A stretch of 64,000 bases of DNA from the NCBI GenBank assembly GCA_013204605.1, contig JABMNI010000029.1, forward strand, positions 3,069 to 67,068, written 5' to 3'. The notes beneath the pieces were generated by a model. The model did not search any database and was not told the DNA's origin. It saw only the letters and a list, made by a program, of their open reading frames with translations. The position numbers were made by a program, and so were the translations under genes. This document shows, piece after piece, positions 29,079-39,486 of the stretch (positions are counted from its first letter, which is position 1; every line of letters begins with the position of its first letter). This DNA comes from Ignavibacteria bacterium. GTDB lineage: Bacteria > Bacteroidota > Ignavibacteria > Kapaibacteriales > Kapaibacteriaceae.

Positions 29079-30554
29079 ATGGCATTTGAGTTGAAGTATA
29101 GGAAAGATATTACGCAGTTACAGAAGGAAGCTTCTGAAGATACTGAGTTAAAAAGAACGTTGGGTCCGTGGCAGTTAGTTGCACTAGGAATAGGAGCAAT
29201 TATTGGCGCTGGCCTTTTTTCATTAACGGGTATAGCCGCGGCTGATCATGCCGGACCTGCCGTTACAATTTCGTTTATCATTGCTGCAGTGGGTTGCGCA
29301 TTTGCTGGGCTTTGTTACGCAGAGTTTGCTTCCATGATTCCTATTGCCGGTAGTGCGTACACGTATTCATATGCTACGCTTGGTGAAATGTTTGCGTGGG
29401 TAATCGGGTGGGACCTTGTTTTGGAGTATGCGGTGGGGGCATCCACGGTGGCGATCTCGTGGTCTGCCTACCTAGTAAAATTTCTGGAATACTTCCAAAT
29501 TCATCTTCCTTCCTGGATGATAGCTAGTCCCTGGCAAATGATAAAGTTAGAAAGCGGGATGGAAGTCACGGGATTCATTAATCTTCCCGCAATGTTCATT
29601 GTATTTGCAATGTCAACACTTCTCATCATTGGAATTCAAGAGAGTGCACGTGCAAACGCAGTAATAGTTTTCTTGAAGATTGCCGTTGTGATTATTTTTA
29701 TTGGATTGGGTTTCATGTTTGTTAACTCAGACAACCTAGTTCCTTTCATACCTGAAAATACGGGGTCGTTCGGTCACTTTGGTTGGTCAGGTATATTCAA
29801 AGCCGCAGGAGTAGTTTTCTTTGCGTTCATTGGATTCGATGCAGTGTCTACAGCAGCGCAGGAGGCCAAGAATCCGCAGCGAGATATGCCAATAGGGATA
29901 CTTGGATCGTTGGCCGTGTGCACAGTTCTATACGTGTTGTTCTCTTACGTAATGGTAGGAATGGTTCCTTACACTGCGTTCAAAGGTGCAGCAGCTCCAG
30001 TAGCCGTAGCCATTGCGGCAACGCCTTTTACGTGGTTGAAACCAGCAATTAATTTGGCCATTATTGCGGGGTACTCTTCTGTTATTCTGGTTATGCTTTT
30101 GGGTCAATCTCGGGTGTTCTATACCATGAGTAAGGACGGACTGATTCCTAAAATTTTCTCCGATACACATCCTCGTTTTAAAACGCCATGGAAGTCAAAC
30201 ATACTCTTCGCGATTATGGTGAGTTTGTTCGCCGGCCTTATGCCTATTGCTTTAGTTGGTGAAATGACATCTGTGGGAACTTTGTTTGCATTTATGATGG
30301 TGTGTATTGCTGTTTGGATTCTGCGTAGGAAAGAACCGGGACGTGAGCGACCTTTCAAAACTCCGTGGGTTCCTTTTGTACCGATTGCCGGAATAATTTC
30401 GTGCGGCGTATTGCTTATGGCACTATTCCTCGACCAAACACATGGCCGAGAGCACATGCTTCGATTTGGTGCGTGGTTAGTAATCGGTGGGATAATTTAC
30501 TTTACCTATTCAATTAAGCATTCAAAAATTAGAGCTCAACAAGGCCAGAATTAA
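29079..30554 (+). CDS. APC amino acid permease (cationic amino acid transporter-like)
   Basis: GIGAIIGAGLF, CYAEFASM.P.AGSAYTY, FFAFIGFD, ~12 TM. Confidence 0.92.
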   Translation: MAFELKYRKDITQLQKEASEDTELKRTLGPWQLVALGIGAIIGAGLFSLTGIAAADHAGPAVTISFIIAAVGCAFAGLCYAEFASMIPIAGSAYTYSYATLGEMFAWVIGWDLVLEYAVGASTVAISWSAYLVKFLEYFQIHLPSWMIASPWQMIKLESGMEVTGFINLPAMFIVFAMSTLLIIGIQESARANAVIVFLKIAVVIIFIGLGFMFVNSDNLVPFIPENTGSFGHFGWSGIFKAAGVVFFAFIGFDAVSTAAQEAKNPQRDMPIGILGSLAVCTVLYVLFSYVMVGMVPYTAFKGAAAPVAVAIAATPFTWLKPAINLAIIAGYSSVILVMLLGQSRVFYTMSKDGLIPKIFSDTHPRFKTPWKSNILFAIMVSLFAGLMPIALVGEMTSVGTLFAFMMVCIAVWILRRKEPGRERPFKTPWVPFVPIAGIISCGVLLMALFLDQTHGREHMLRFGAWLVIGGIIYFTYSIKHSKIRAQQGQN

Positions 30555-30566
30555 GCAAGGGGCGAA

Positions 30567-31988
30567 ATGTTTCATAAGCATCTTTCTACGTTCGACGCCA
30601 CGATGATTGTTGCCGGGTCCATGATAGGATCCGGTATTTTTATTGTGAGTGCCGATATCGCACGTGTTGTACAAAATCCAATTCTACTCATGGCAGTATG
30701 GGTTGTAACCGGACTTCTAACATTGATTGCTGCACTTACCTATGGTGAGTTGGCCGGAATGATGCCGGAGGCCGGTGGACAATATGTCTACCTCCGGGAA
30801 GCGTTTGGACCTCTAGCAGGGTTCCTATACGGGTGGACGCTATTCACCGTCATTCAAACGGGCACAATAGCAGCTGTGGCCATGGCCTTCGCAAAGTTCA
30901 CCGCAGTTTTTATACCGTGGTTTTCCGAAAAAAACATTTTACTTGATATTGGAATACAGCAAATATCAGCTGCGCATTTGCTTGCAATATCTTCTATAAT
31001 TCTGCTGACCATAATCAACGCTCGTGGTGTGGCTCTTGGCAAAATCGTGCAGAATGTTTTTACCTCAACGAAGGTTATTGCGGTTGTAGGATTGGGGATA
31101 ATTGGAATTATTATTGGTCTTGGCTCGGAAACGTTTACTGCCAACCTTGCATTACCCACGTTGCCAGTAGGTACCTCCGGAATGTTTGGAATAGCCTCGT
31201 TGATAGCCGTAGCTATGGTTGGTTCAATTTTTTCGAGTGATGCCTGGAATAACATCACCTTCGTTGCCGCCGAAGTGAAGGACCCTAAAAAATCTATTCC
31301 ACGCGCGCTTTTGTTTGGCGTGTTAATCGTTACTTCACTTTATTTGTTGGTAAATCTCGCCTACATAGCTCTTTTACCCATGGGTGGTTCGGCCGAGGGA
31401 GCGACAGTGGTGGAACGGGGAATGAGTTACGCGCTTCAAGATAGAGTTGGTACCGCGGCCGCCGAAGTAATGTTTGGTGTGCAAGGTGGTGCAATTATGG
31501 CGTTACTAATAATTGTGAGCACGTTTGGCTGCAACAACGGACTAATTCTTTCAGGCGCGCGCGCCTACTGGGCAATGGCCTCCCACAAGTTATTTTTTAA
31601 AGGGGCTTCGGAGTTAAACGATAAACACGTGCCGGCAAAGGGATTGTATATACAAGCCGTTTGGATTAGTGTTTTGTGCTTGAGCGGACAATACGGAGAC
31701 CTGCTTGACTACGTAGTATTTGCCGTGTTACTCTTTTACATCGCTACAATTGTGGGTGTATTTGTTCTGCGAAAAAAACGTCCCGATGTTCACCGTCCTT
31801 ACAAAGCGTTCGGTTATCCCGTTCTACCTGCGATTTACATTATAGCAGCTACATTTATTTGCGGCGTTCTGTTAGTAGAAAAACCAAATTATACATGGCC
31901 CGGATTGTACATTGTTGCAGCCGGTGTACCGATTTATTTTCTGTGGAAATTCTTCAACAAGGAACCAACGAAAAAAAATCAGCAGTAA
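30567..31988 (+). CDS. APC amino acid permease (LAT/SteT-like)
   Basis: GSMIGSGIF, GGQYVYLREAFG, SSDAWNNITF, RPYKAFGYP. Confidence 0.92.
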   Translation: MFHKHLSTFDATMIVAGSMIGSGIFIVSADIARVVQNPILLMAVWVVTGLLTLIAALTYGELAGMMPEAGGQYVYLREAFGPLAGFLYGWTLFTVIQTGTIAAVAMAFAKFTAVFIPWFSEKNILLDIGIQQISAAHLLAISSIILLTIINARGVALGKIVQNVFTSTKVIAVVGLGIIGIIIGLGSETFTANLALPTLPVGTSGMFGIASLIAVAMVGSIFSSDAWNNITFVAAEVKDPKKSIPRALLFGVLIVTSLYLLVNLAYIALLPMGGSAEGATVVERGMSYALQDRVGTAAAEVMFGVQGGAIMALLIIVSTFGCNNGLILSGARAYWAMASHKLFFKGASELNDKHVPAKGLYIQAVWISVLCLSGQYGDLLDYVVFAVLLFYIATIVGVFVLRKKRPDVHRPYKAFGYPVLPAIYIIAATFICGVLLVEKPNYTWPGLYIVAAGVPIYFLWKFFNKEPTKKNQQ

Positions 31989-32016
31989 AGTAGTTTGATT
32001 GATGTTGTGGTAAATG

Positions 32017-32053
32017 AAAAAGGCGATTCTCTACAAGAGCATCGCCTTTTTTT
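32017..32053. terminator. Bidirectional terminator between convergent genes
   Basis: AAAAAGGCGAT-TCTCTACAAGAGC-ATCGCCTTTTTTT. Confidence 0.8.
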
Positions 32054-32166
32054 CTGAAATTCATTATGTTGGTCTGTATAATTACAACTCGACAGATTTT
32101 ATTAAGTTTCTTAACAATTATTGATTGATATTCTCACTGTCACCCTGAGCATAGCGAAGGGCACAT

Positions 32167-34284
32167 TTATCGCACAACTGAAATCATCACGTTGCGTTTC
32201 GCTAGCCCAGATGCAACAGTCAGGATGTATCTGCCAACTGGAATGTTCAATGTATTGTCCTCGGTATCGAATCCAAGCAGATGGCTGCCTGCGGCACAAT
32301 CTGGAAGTTCAATTTGCCAAACCACAGAGCCCGTTACCGATATTAACGTGGCAATAATTGGACCCTGGCGTTCGAGTGTGACACGAATTTGAGCGGACGA
32401 TGCAATTGGGTTTGGAGAAACGGCAACCTCGAGTGTTGATTCGAATTGGTTAGCCTGCTCGGCAAGATCGGTTGAAGTGACAACGGTTTCGGAAGCTTTA
32501 CCTACATCGTAATACGAGCCGCTCGCGGTTGTCCGCAATACGCAGCTCTGCACGCGGTACGTGATTTGCCCTTCGTACAATAATGAATCTGTGATTTCTA
32601 GGTTGGTAGTTGGCTTAGGAGTAAGCAATTGAAATGCTAGTTGGGTTGCACGTTTGCGGTAGACCATGAAGGCGGTTACTTCGGGAGATGGTCGGTTCCA
32701 CTGAACCTTTACCTTGTTTGGAAAAAGGTATGAGGCCGAGAGGGTTGCTACAGGTGCGATGGGCTTCATCACCGCTCGGAGCGTAGGATCACCTAGCAGT
32801 GCGATGTGCACTCCACGGTCTCCAATTGATACTAGCGATCCGCTCGTGCCATTGAACGTGACGTTTGGCGCATACGTTCCCAAAGCACTATTCATTATGC
32901 TAGAATTGTTCTGAGAAATCAATGTTGAATAACCGTAGGTCTCACCTAAGCCCATGTGATGGATGTACCAATGCGGACGTCCACTCCAAGAACACGTGAG
33001 CGCGCGTGGTTGAGTAGCTAAAGCACTGCGCATTAAATTGTTTTGTGTGTTGTAGTCGCCGTGGTAACTGCCGAATAATGTAGTGAATACGGAGAATATT
33101 TGCTTGCTAGCCAATTGGCTAGATGTTGCAACTCCTCCTGCAGAAGTGTCTGTCCCACCATCGCAACCATAATTGAACAAAATAGTCTCAGGCCCCGCAA
33201 CAGAAGTAAGAAAGTCGCCAGCCTTTACCGCCGTATCACCACCAAACACACTGAAAGAACGCCAGCCCGAAGCTGCGAATCTGTCGCCGTAACCACCAAA
33301 ATTATCGTCGATTATTCCGCCCATTTTCACGCCGTATTGCGCAATGCGAAACGCATGATTCTTGTCGAAATATCTTTTAAGTAAATCGAGTTCGGTGCTA
33401 GGAAAAACTGGCAAGTTGTACATATCTATTCGTCCCACGGCTACAACCACATTTGATGCAAAAAAAGATTGGTCGAATTTCCCATCGTCAGGCAGGTTTT
33501 CGTTCGCCGGACGTGAAGCATTGCGAGCGTTAATAGACGCATCTGTATACGTTCCGAAAACGTCGCCGTAAATCCCATCGGCCGGCCAAGCACCCACATG
33601 ATCTCCATGGCCATCGGGTGCAATGTTCCCACTGTAAGGCACTGGCACGCGGCCAACAAGCACCACCGTATTAAGGTCATTTTTGGTTGCAGAACGAGCG
33701 TTCTTTATTTGCTGCCTTACCCGTCCTACCGCAGCCGCATTGAAATTCTCTGCACGGTCGCAAGACTCCATTCGTACGGTCCATCCGTCAGACTCCAAAT
33801 CTTCTGTGAATGTGGCCAATTCCTTAGCGAGTGGCCCAACCATGGTAGTATCCACCAACACCAAAACTGTTCCTCTATAGGCCGGGGCAGCTTCTATTCC
33901 GCTCCAAACAAACCCAAAGCCCCATACATGCGCATAGATAGGATTGCCGGTATTTGTATCTGTTCCAACCACTTTCACAATATCGCGGATCAGACGGTAC
34001 TCGTAACTCTCACCCGAAACTACCGCAGAATCAGTCCAAGTCACAGCATTGCTGTCCAACGTTACATTTGGATTGCTTGCAAAAACAGATTCACTCTTTT
34101 TCTTTCTCCAAATCAACATTGAAGTTTGATTCGGGTGCTTGTCCCACTTTAACTGAATGGTCGGTAGGGGGCTTTTCTGTACGACGGCCGACGCCAGTAC
34201 GGCAAAATCTTTGGTAGTCTGTGCGAAAATTTTGGATATGCTGCACGTGCAGAGAACCAATACAATTAGAATTACTAAGCGCAT
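32167..34284 (-). CDS. T9SS-type secreted protein: FN3-like domains flanking a C25/gingipain-like alpha/beta core
   Basis: Signal peptide. VVLVGRVPVPYSG...PADGIYGD and VAVGRID resemble the C25 N-domain (LxG.VP, D..Y.D, GR). ALLGDPTL, FN3-like KVQWNRP...MVYRK, CTD SPNPIASS...GRYILTV. Confidence 0.6.
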   Translation of the reverse strand: MRLVILIVLVLCTCSISKIFAQTTKDFAVLASAVVQKSPLPTIQLKWDKHPNQTSMLIWRKKKSESVFASNPNVTLDSNAVTWTDSAVVSGESYEYRLIRDIVKVVGTDTNTGNPIYAHVWGFGFVWSGIEAAPAYRGTVLVLVDTTMVGPLAKELATFTEDLESDGWTVRMESCDRAENFNAAAVGRVRQQIKNARSATKNDLNTVVLVGRVPVPYSGNIAPDGHGDHVGAWPADGIYGDVFGTYTDASINARNASRPANENLPDDGKFDQSFFASNVVVAVGRIDMYNLPVFPSTELDLLKRYFDKNHAFRIAQYGVKMGGIIDDNFGGYGDRFAASGWRSFSVFGGDTAVKAGDFLTSVAGPETILFNYGCDGGTDTSAGGVATSSQLASKQIFSVFTTLFGSYHGDYNTQNNLMRSALATQPRALTCSWSGRPHWYIHHMGLGETYGYSTLISQNNSSIMNSALGTYAPNVTFNGTSGSLVSIGDRGVHIALLGDPTLRAVMKPIAPVATLSASYLFPNKVKVQWNRPSPEVTAFMVYRKRATQLAFQLLTPKPTTNLEITDSLLYEGQITYRVQSCVLRTTASGSYYDVGKASETVVTSTDLAEQANQFESTLEVAVSPNPIASSAQIRVTLERQGPIIATLISVTGSVVWQIELPDCAAGSHLLGFDTEDNTLNIPVGRYILTVASGLAKRNVMISVVR

Positions 34285-34452
34285 AATAAACCCGAGAAGT
34301 AGTTGACATTTAGAAAGTTTTCAAATTATGCAAGCGGGAGTGAATATTTATCGTTTTTATTCAATTTGGTCTCCGTATATTTAAATACGCATTTGCCTGT
34401 AACTCCGCAGGCACACAGCGGTTATTCACGTAACCACAAAACACAGGATCTC

Positions 34453-37400
34453 ATGCGCGTTTTGAGCTACGCTTTTTACGGATTGCTATTATTCTTGCTG
34501 AGTAACGCTGCCAGCGCGCAGTTCCCAGCAGCATGTGATGCCCGCAAAGACTGCATTTATAATGCAATCTCTTTCACTGCGAATTCCGGGAATAAGGCGC
34601 ACTTCGTTGAGATACAGGGTGCACCCGTGGCACCTCTGCAAAAAGCATTGACAGTGGAAATGTGGGTTAAAACTGAACGCCAAGCAGGCATGAAGCAATT
34701 TTTGGCGGGTCTGTGGGGTCCAAACTCCGATGCCAACGACGTTTTCGCCTTCTACATCGATCAGAGTGACAGGTTGTGTTTTGAAGTAAATCCAGACAAT
34801 TCTGTTTTGAAGGGGGCTGATAACACGATTGTATTAGCACCGGCTTCTTTCATTTATGGTAAATGGGTGCACCTCGCTGCGGTGTTTGATGGAAGTACCT
34901 CTAGTGTGTCCATATATATTGATGGTCAGTTGGTTGGCGGACCCGTTTCTAACCCCGCCTATCCCGTGAGTTACCTTAAGCCCCTTGACAAATCAAGCCT
35001 TTCCACCTTGATTGGTAGCACGAATGGTTTGTCTGATAGCGGTAGTGTTTTTCGCACGTTTCGCGGAATGATGGATGAAGTTCGAATTTGGAATGTAGCG
35101 TTAACCGCCACGCAGATATTATGTCAGAAAGATTTGTCGTTGAATGGAAACGAGGCCGGATTGCGCGTGTACTACCGTTGCAACGAAGCCGTGGGTAACA
35201 AGAACATCATGTGCGATGCAACCGGGAAAGGGTACTCCGGACTCATGCGATCTGAAATTTCGAACCAAAAATCGGACAGGGTAGCACCGCGGTCAATGAC
35301 GGTTACGCCTGGAGTTATTACGGATGAGATTCAATGCGATAGCGTGAAGTCGTGGTCGTTTATTGTTACCGACACTATGCCGTGTGGTAACTCGGCAACT
35401 TTTAGAATGCTTGGTCCAGAAGCCGGCTTGTTTACGGTTACTCCTACTACAGTAAATCTCACACCGGGGCAATCGTTTTCTATAACGGTAACGTACCGCG
35501 GTACAATTGTTGGTGGTTTTTTAGAAACGTTGCAAATCCTACCTGTTAACAGATGCGGCCTGCCGAACACGTTGATAAAACTCAACCTTAACCGCACAAC
35601 CGAAGTAGGAATATCGCGCAATAAAATTGTATTCGACACGCTGTATGTTGGTTGCAAGGAATATTCGAGCATCGATTCGACGTTAGTAATATGTAATACC
35701 TCCGACAAGATTGGTAAACCTCGCACCGTTACCATTAATGACATTCGTAGCAACAACCCGTTGGGATTCAGAGCTGTTAATTTGACGTTCCCATTTCAAC
35801 TCACATCGGGTCAGTGCACAACCATAGTAATTCGAAGTTTTGTTCGCGACACCACGAATGACTATCTCGACACGCTTCGAATTTATTCCGATGATCAGTG
35901 CCAGAATGCGCCTACAATTGTGGCACTTACCGGACGCACTCAAGAAGTAATTTCAATACGAAGCTCAAGTGGAGCAGCTAGAGTTGACACGTTTAATTTT
36001 CAACCTACGTGCCCCGGACAATTAAGCTCGTCGCAGTATTACACGTGGCAGAACCTCACGTTGACACCGTTGATTATTGAAGACATCGTTGTCCCACCAG
36101 CATTCACACACTACAAAATATCGTTGCCATTCACCATGCAACCTAAAACTGGTTACCAGCCAATCGCGGTTCGGTTTAGGCCATTGCAGCCGGGCGCCGT
36201 TTTTGACAGCATTGTTATCAAAACTCGAATTCAAGGCTGCACCATTGAACGTAAAATTTATTTGCGCGGCAGGGGGCTTGACAATAAGGTTGACTGGGCC
36301 GTGAAAGATTTGGTCGATTTCGGAAACGTAATTGTGGGTCAGCAAAGCACGATTAATGTAATTGCTAAAAATAATTCCAATAACGATCAGTTAAACGTCG
36401 CACTATATGTGGAGAATGGCGATGCGTTTACTCTCTTAGCAGGTACCGGACGAAGCATCCGCCCTCGTGATTCTGTTTCAATACCGGTTACGTTCCGGCC
36501 TATTGATTCTTTGACGTACAATGACAAATTGTGTCTGTTCGAAACTCGCTGCTATACGGTAGCATGTATTCCGCTACGCGGAAAGGGCATCTTGCAAACG
36601 TTTAGATTCTCTCCGCTTGTAATGGAAACCGAGAATGTTATTGCCTGCGGGAATCGCGATGACACTGTTTATATCGTGAATATTACGCCAGGTGATCAAA
36701 CCATAACAAATTTGAATTTTATAAATCCGAGTGGGAAATTTTCAGTGGTCGATCCTCCGTTGCCGTGGAGTTCAACCTCTATAAAGGCCGGCGACTCAGC
36801 CCGTTTTATCGTTAATTACAATCCGAATGATGTCACCCAGGATCGCGCCGACCGAGCATTTATAGCCTTTAAGGGTCCTAACAGTAAGGATTGGCAGGTA
36901 CAATTAATTGGTACTTCGGCCACACCTAAACTGTTTGTTACACAAAACACTTTTTACGGTACGGTTGAGGCCGGTGATATTCGGACGGCGAGGTTGATCG
37001 TGGAAAACACTTCTTCGATGCCGGTGATAGTTGATAGCATAACGGTGGGAAATGGCTTTGTTATTACAAACATCAGTAGGACACTGCCAGATATGCTCAT
37101 GCCGCGAGATACTATTGGTGTGACTGTTGAATTTCGTCCAACAGCTTCGGTTGTATACGATGCAGAGTTAACTGCGTATTCAAGTAGTCCATGCAGCATT
37201 AAGGGTGTAGGAAAGTTGAACGGCAGAGGAATAATCGTAGAACTTGAGAGTGCATTGAGTTTGGTAAACTTTGGGTACCTACGTCCGTGTGAATGCCAAG
37301 TGCGAACAATCGAAATGCTGAATGCTTCATTGGTGTTCGACATGACGGTCGACTCTATTTGGGTTGATTCGGCTGGAGTTCCGGGCGGAAAACCGCAGTT

Positions 37401-39486
37401 CTATTCTTGGACTTCGAAGTATTCTCCAACTGGAATGCTCCCTTACAAAATTCCTCCTGGGGAACGAGATACCGTCTACATTAAATTCTGTCCTAACACC
37501 CCGGCTGATCCTGCACAAGCCGAAGTGCGCGCAAAACTACACGTGAAGGCCAAAGGCTCGCAGTGGAGCAAGGCGCTTGAAACGTATTTGTTTGGTAAAC
37601 GCTCGCTAACGTTCAGACCAACTCCGGCCTTAGTTCAATTTGCACCGGGTGTGATTGATGTGATTAGTCCAACGCCCCAGTTTGTGACGTTGAAAATTCC
37701 AGGGTATCAACTGAATCCGACTCAAGACACTGTAGTTATCGACTCACTGGGATTCGAACTCGATGAGCGAGTGTTTTTTGTGATCAATCCCACAGTGTTT
37801 CCAATTATCATCAAGCCAGGAGATTCAGTAAGAATTGAAATTAGACAGCGTCCACGCGCCCCTCGAAATTATCAAGCCCGACTTGTAATTTATTACAGTA
37901 AACCATGCGCCGGACGCGACACCACGGTTTTAGTTAAAGGTGCAGGCTTTGCGCTTCCGCGTGGACTAGCTTTTTCTTTCGACCCTGCTCGTGTTCTTCC
38001 TGATACGTTTGGAATGGTTTCGTGCGACACGCTAATCGTTCCGCTTTACTCTTCCATCTACATCGATGCCTCGGTAGTGGATGTGTTTATGCGAGTAGAT
38101 TTTGATTCTACTCAGTTACGACTGTTAGATATTCAATCCGACATTCTAAACAACTCGTGTGTTTCCAAAACCGGCGGGATAAAATTCACACCGTCTATTT
38201 TTTCGGAGCCTTCGCTATACGGTGGCCTGAAAGTAACGTTAAAGAATTTTTGTGGAATCGATTCTATCGGGTCGTTCTGTGTTATGAGGTTTGTAACCGT
38301 CGCAAACAACAGAGTCGATAGTAGACTTACAGTTGATAGTATTGATTTCGATACTGAAGATGTGATTCTGTATAAGCTAATTGCAACCGGCGACAAGGGC
38401 CGCGTGCTTGCTTACAAGTCCGAAATCACCTATGCAGGTCCGGTAGCCTATGATAGCGTTCGAATTCTTGACTGTGCAGACAAAACGCTAACAATCATTA
38501 ATACTGGCGACATCGGAAACACGGTCGACAATCTTTTAGATCTTCCTATATACACGTCAATTGTAAGCTCGGTGCCAGCAATGGGCGATAGCATCCGACC
38601 CGGTGATTCAGCAATTGTAACAATTCGTTTTTGCCCACGAGCCGAACGTGGAATAGACACTTCGGTAATTGCAGTAAGTCTTAGACCGTGCGAAACCCGC
38701 GATACAACAGTTGTCACCGGATATGGCTATGCTCCTGAATTGGATGTTTCTGTCGCCGCCAGAAAAGTATTTTGGGTTCCTGATACGTTAGGCGGAGCCA
38801 TCGGCGATACCATCGAGATTCCAATTATGCTTGAAAAGGATGTGTCGGCCTTCTATAACAACCAAACGTATTGGTTGAATGGATTGAATTTCGATGTTGA
38901 TGTAAAGTTCAATCCGCGAGCCCTGAAGTTTATTAGCATTCCGTTTATGGCGAAGCCATCCCAAACAAGTTTGACCTCCTCAGTGCCGGGTAACGTTTCG
39001 ATAGCGGTTGTAGGAGCAGACAGCGTTCAGTCGGGACCATTTGTTAAGCTTCGATTTGCTGTTACGGTTCCGGACGTTGACAGTATGAACATTGAAGTAT
39101 CAGGAAGGGGCTATGTGTCTGATTCGCTCCAATTCCTCGACATCGTTCCGGTGGATGTTTCAACACCATTTGTTACATCTGGCAAATGCGATATTTCGGT
39201 TCTGAAATTCAGTACGACTGGTGCTCCACGAATAGAAATTACTCCTAACCCGGTTGTGGGAGATGCAACAATTACGTTCCGAATTCAAGAAACAGTTCCC
39301 GTGCACCTAACATTATGCAACTCAACGGGTGTTGCAATTCGCGAATTTTTAAACGGCTCAATCACGCTAACAGGTGGCGAGTATGCCGTACGATTTACAA
39401 CAGCGGAAATTCCAGCTGGTGTATATTTTGTCCGCATAAACGGTGGCGTGTTTGCCTCAACGGCGCAACTAGTCATTGTTAAATGA
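34453..39486 (+). CDS. Giant T9SS-type surface protein: LamG + multiple ASH/choice-of-anchor-D Ig domains + cohesin-like modules + CTD
   Basis: ATG 34453 gives a signal peptide. LamG (TVEMWVK, WVHLAAVFDG, IYIDG, GMMDEVRIWN), repeated DFG.V..G / I.N / V.F.P units, CTD TPNPVVGDATITF...GVYFVRI. Confidence 0.8.
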   Translation: MRVLSYAFYGLLLFLLSNAASAQFPAACDARKDCIYNAISFTANSGNKAHFVEIQGAPVAPLQKALTVEMWVKTERQAGMKQFLAGLWGPNSDANDVFAFYIDQSDRLCFEVNPDNSVLKGADNTIVLAPASFIYGKWVHLAAVFDGSTSSVSIYIDGQLVGGPVSNPAYPVSYLKPLDKSSLSTLIGSTNGLSDSGSVFRTFRGMMDEVRIWNVALTATQILCQKDLSLNGNEAGLRVYYRCNEAVGNKNIMCDATGKGYSGLMRSEISNQKSDRVAPRSMTVTPGVITDEIQCDSVKSWSFIVTDTMPCGNSATFRMLGPEAGLFTVTPTTVNLTPGQSFSITVTYRGTIVGGFLETLQILPVNRCGLPNTLIKLNLNRTTEVGISRNKIVFDTLYVGCKEYSSIDSTLVICNTSDKIGKPRTVTINDIRSNNPLGFRAVNLTFPFQLTSGQCTTIVIRSFVRDTTNDYLDTLRIYSDDQCQNAPTIVALTGRTQEVISIRSSSGAARVDTFNFQPTCPGQLSSSQYYTWQNLTLTPLIIEDIVVPPAFTHYKISLPFTMQPKTGYQPIAVRFRPLQPGAVFDSIVIKTRIQGCTIERKIYLRGRGLDNKVDWAVKDLVDFGNVIVGQQSTINVIAKNNSNNDQLNVALYVENGDAFTLLAGTGRSIRPRDSVSIPVTFRPIDSLTYNDKLCLFETRCYTVACIPLRGKGILQTFRFSPLVMETENVIACGNRDDTVYIVNITPGDQTITNLNFINPSGKFSVVDPPLPWSSTSIKAGDSARFIVNYNPNDVTQDRADRAFIAFKGPNSKDWQVQLIGTSATPKLFVTQNTFYGTVEAGDIRTARLIVENTSSMPVIVDSITVGNGFVITNISRTLPDMLMPRDTIGVTVEFRPTASVVYDAELTAYSSSPCSIKGVGKLNGRGIIVELESALSLVNFGYLRPCECQVRTIEMLNASLVFDMTVDSIWVDSAGVPGGKPQFYSWTSKYSPTGMLPYKIPPGERDTVYIKFCPNTPADPAQAEVRAKLHVKAKGSQWSKALETYLFGKRSLTFRPTPALVQFAPGVIDVISPTPQFVTLKIPGYQLNPTQDTVVIDSLGFELDERVFFVINPTVFPIIIKPGDSVRIEIRQRPRAPRNYQARLVIYYSKPCAGRDTTVLVKGAGFALPRGLAFSFDPARVLPDTFGMVSCDTLIVPLYSSIYIDASVVDVFMRVDFDSTQLRLLDIQSDILNNSCVSKTGGIKFTPSIFSEPSLYGGLKVTLKNFCGIDSIGSFCVMRFVTVANNRVDSRLTVDSIDFDTEDVILYKLIATGDKGRVLAYKSEITYAGPVAYDSVRILDCADKTLTIINTGDIGNTVDNLLDLPIYTSIVSSVPAMGDSIRPGDSAIVTIRFCPRAERGIDTSVIAVSLRPCETRDTTVVTGYGYAPELDVSVAARKVFWVPDTLGGAIGDTIEIPIMLEKDVSAFYNNQTYWLNGLNFDVDVKFNPRALKFISIPFMAKPSQTSLTSSVPGNVSIAVVGADSVQSGPFVKLRFAVTVPDVDSMNIEVSGRGYVSDSLQFLDIVPVDVSTPFVTSGKCDISVLKFSTTGAPRIEITPNPVVGDATITFRIQETVPVHLTLCNSTGVAIREFLNGSITLTGGEYAVRFTTAEIPAGVYFVRINGGVFASTAQLVIVK

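Noticed and set aside
34303-34452. N-terminal extensions predicted by the ORF track (also 12751, 51384, 59206, 63755)
   Set aside because: Downstream ATGs give proper signal peptides or family-typical N-termini, so the extensions are probably non-coding.
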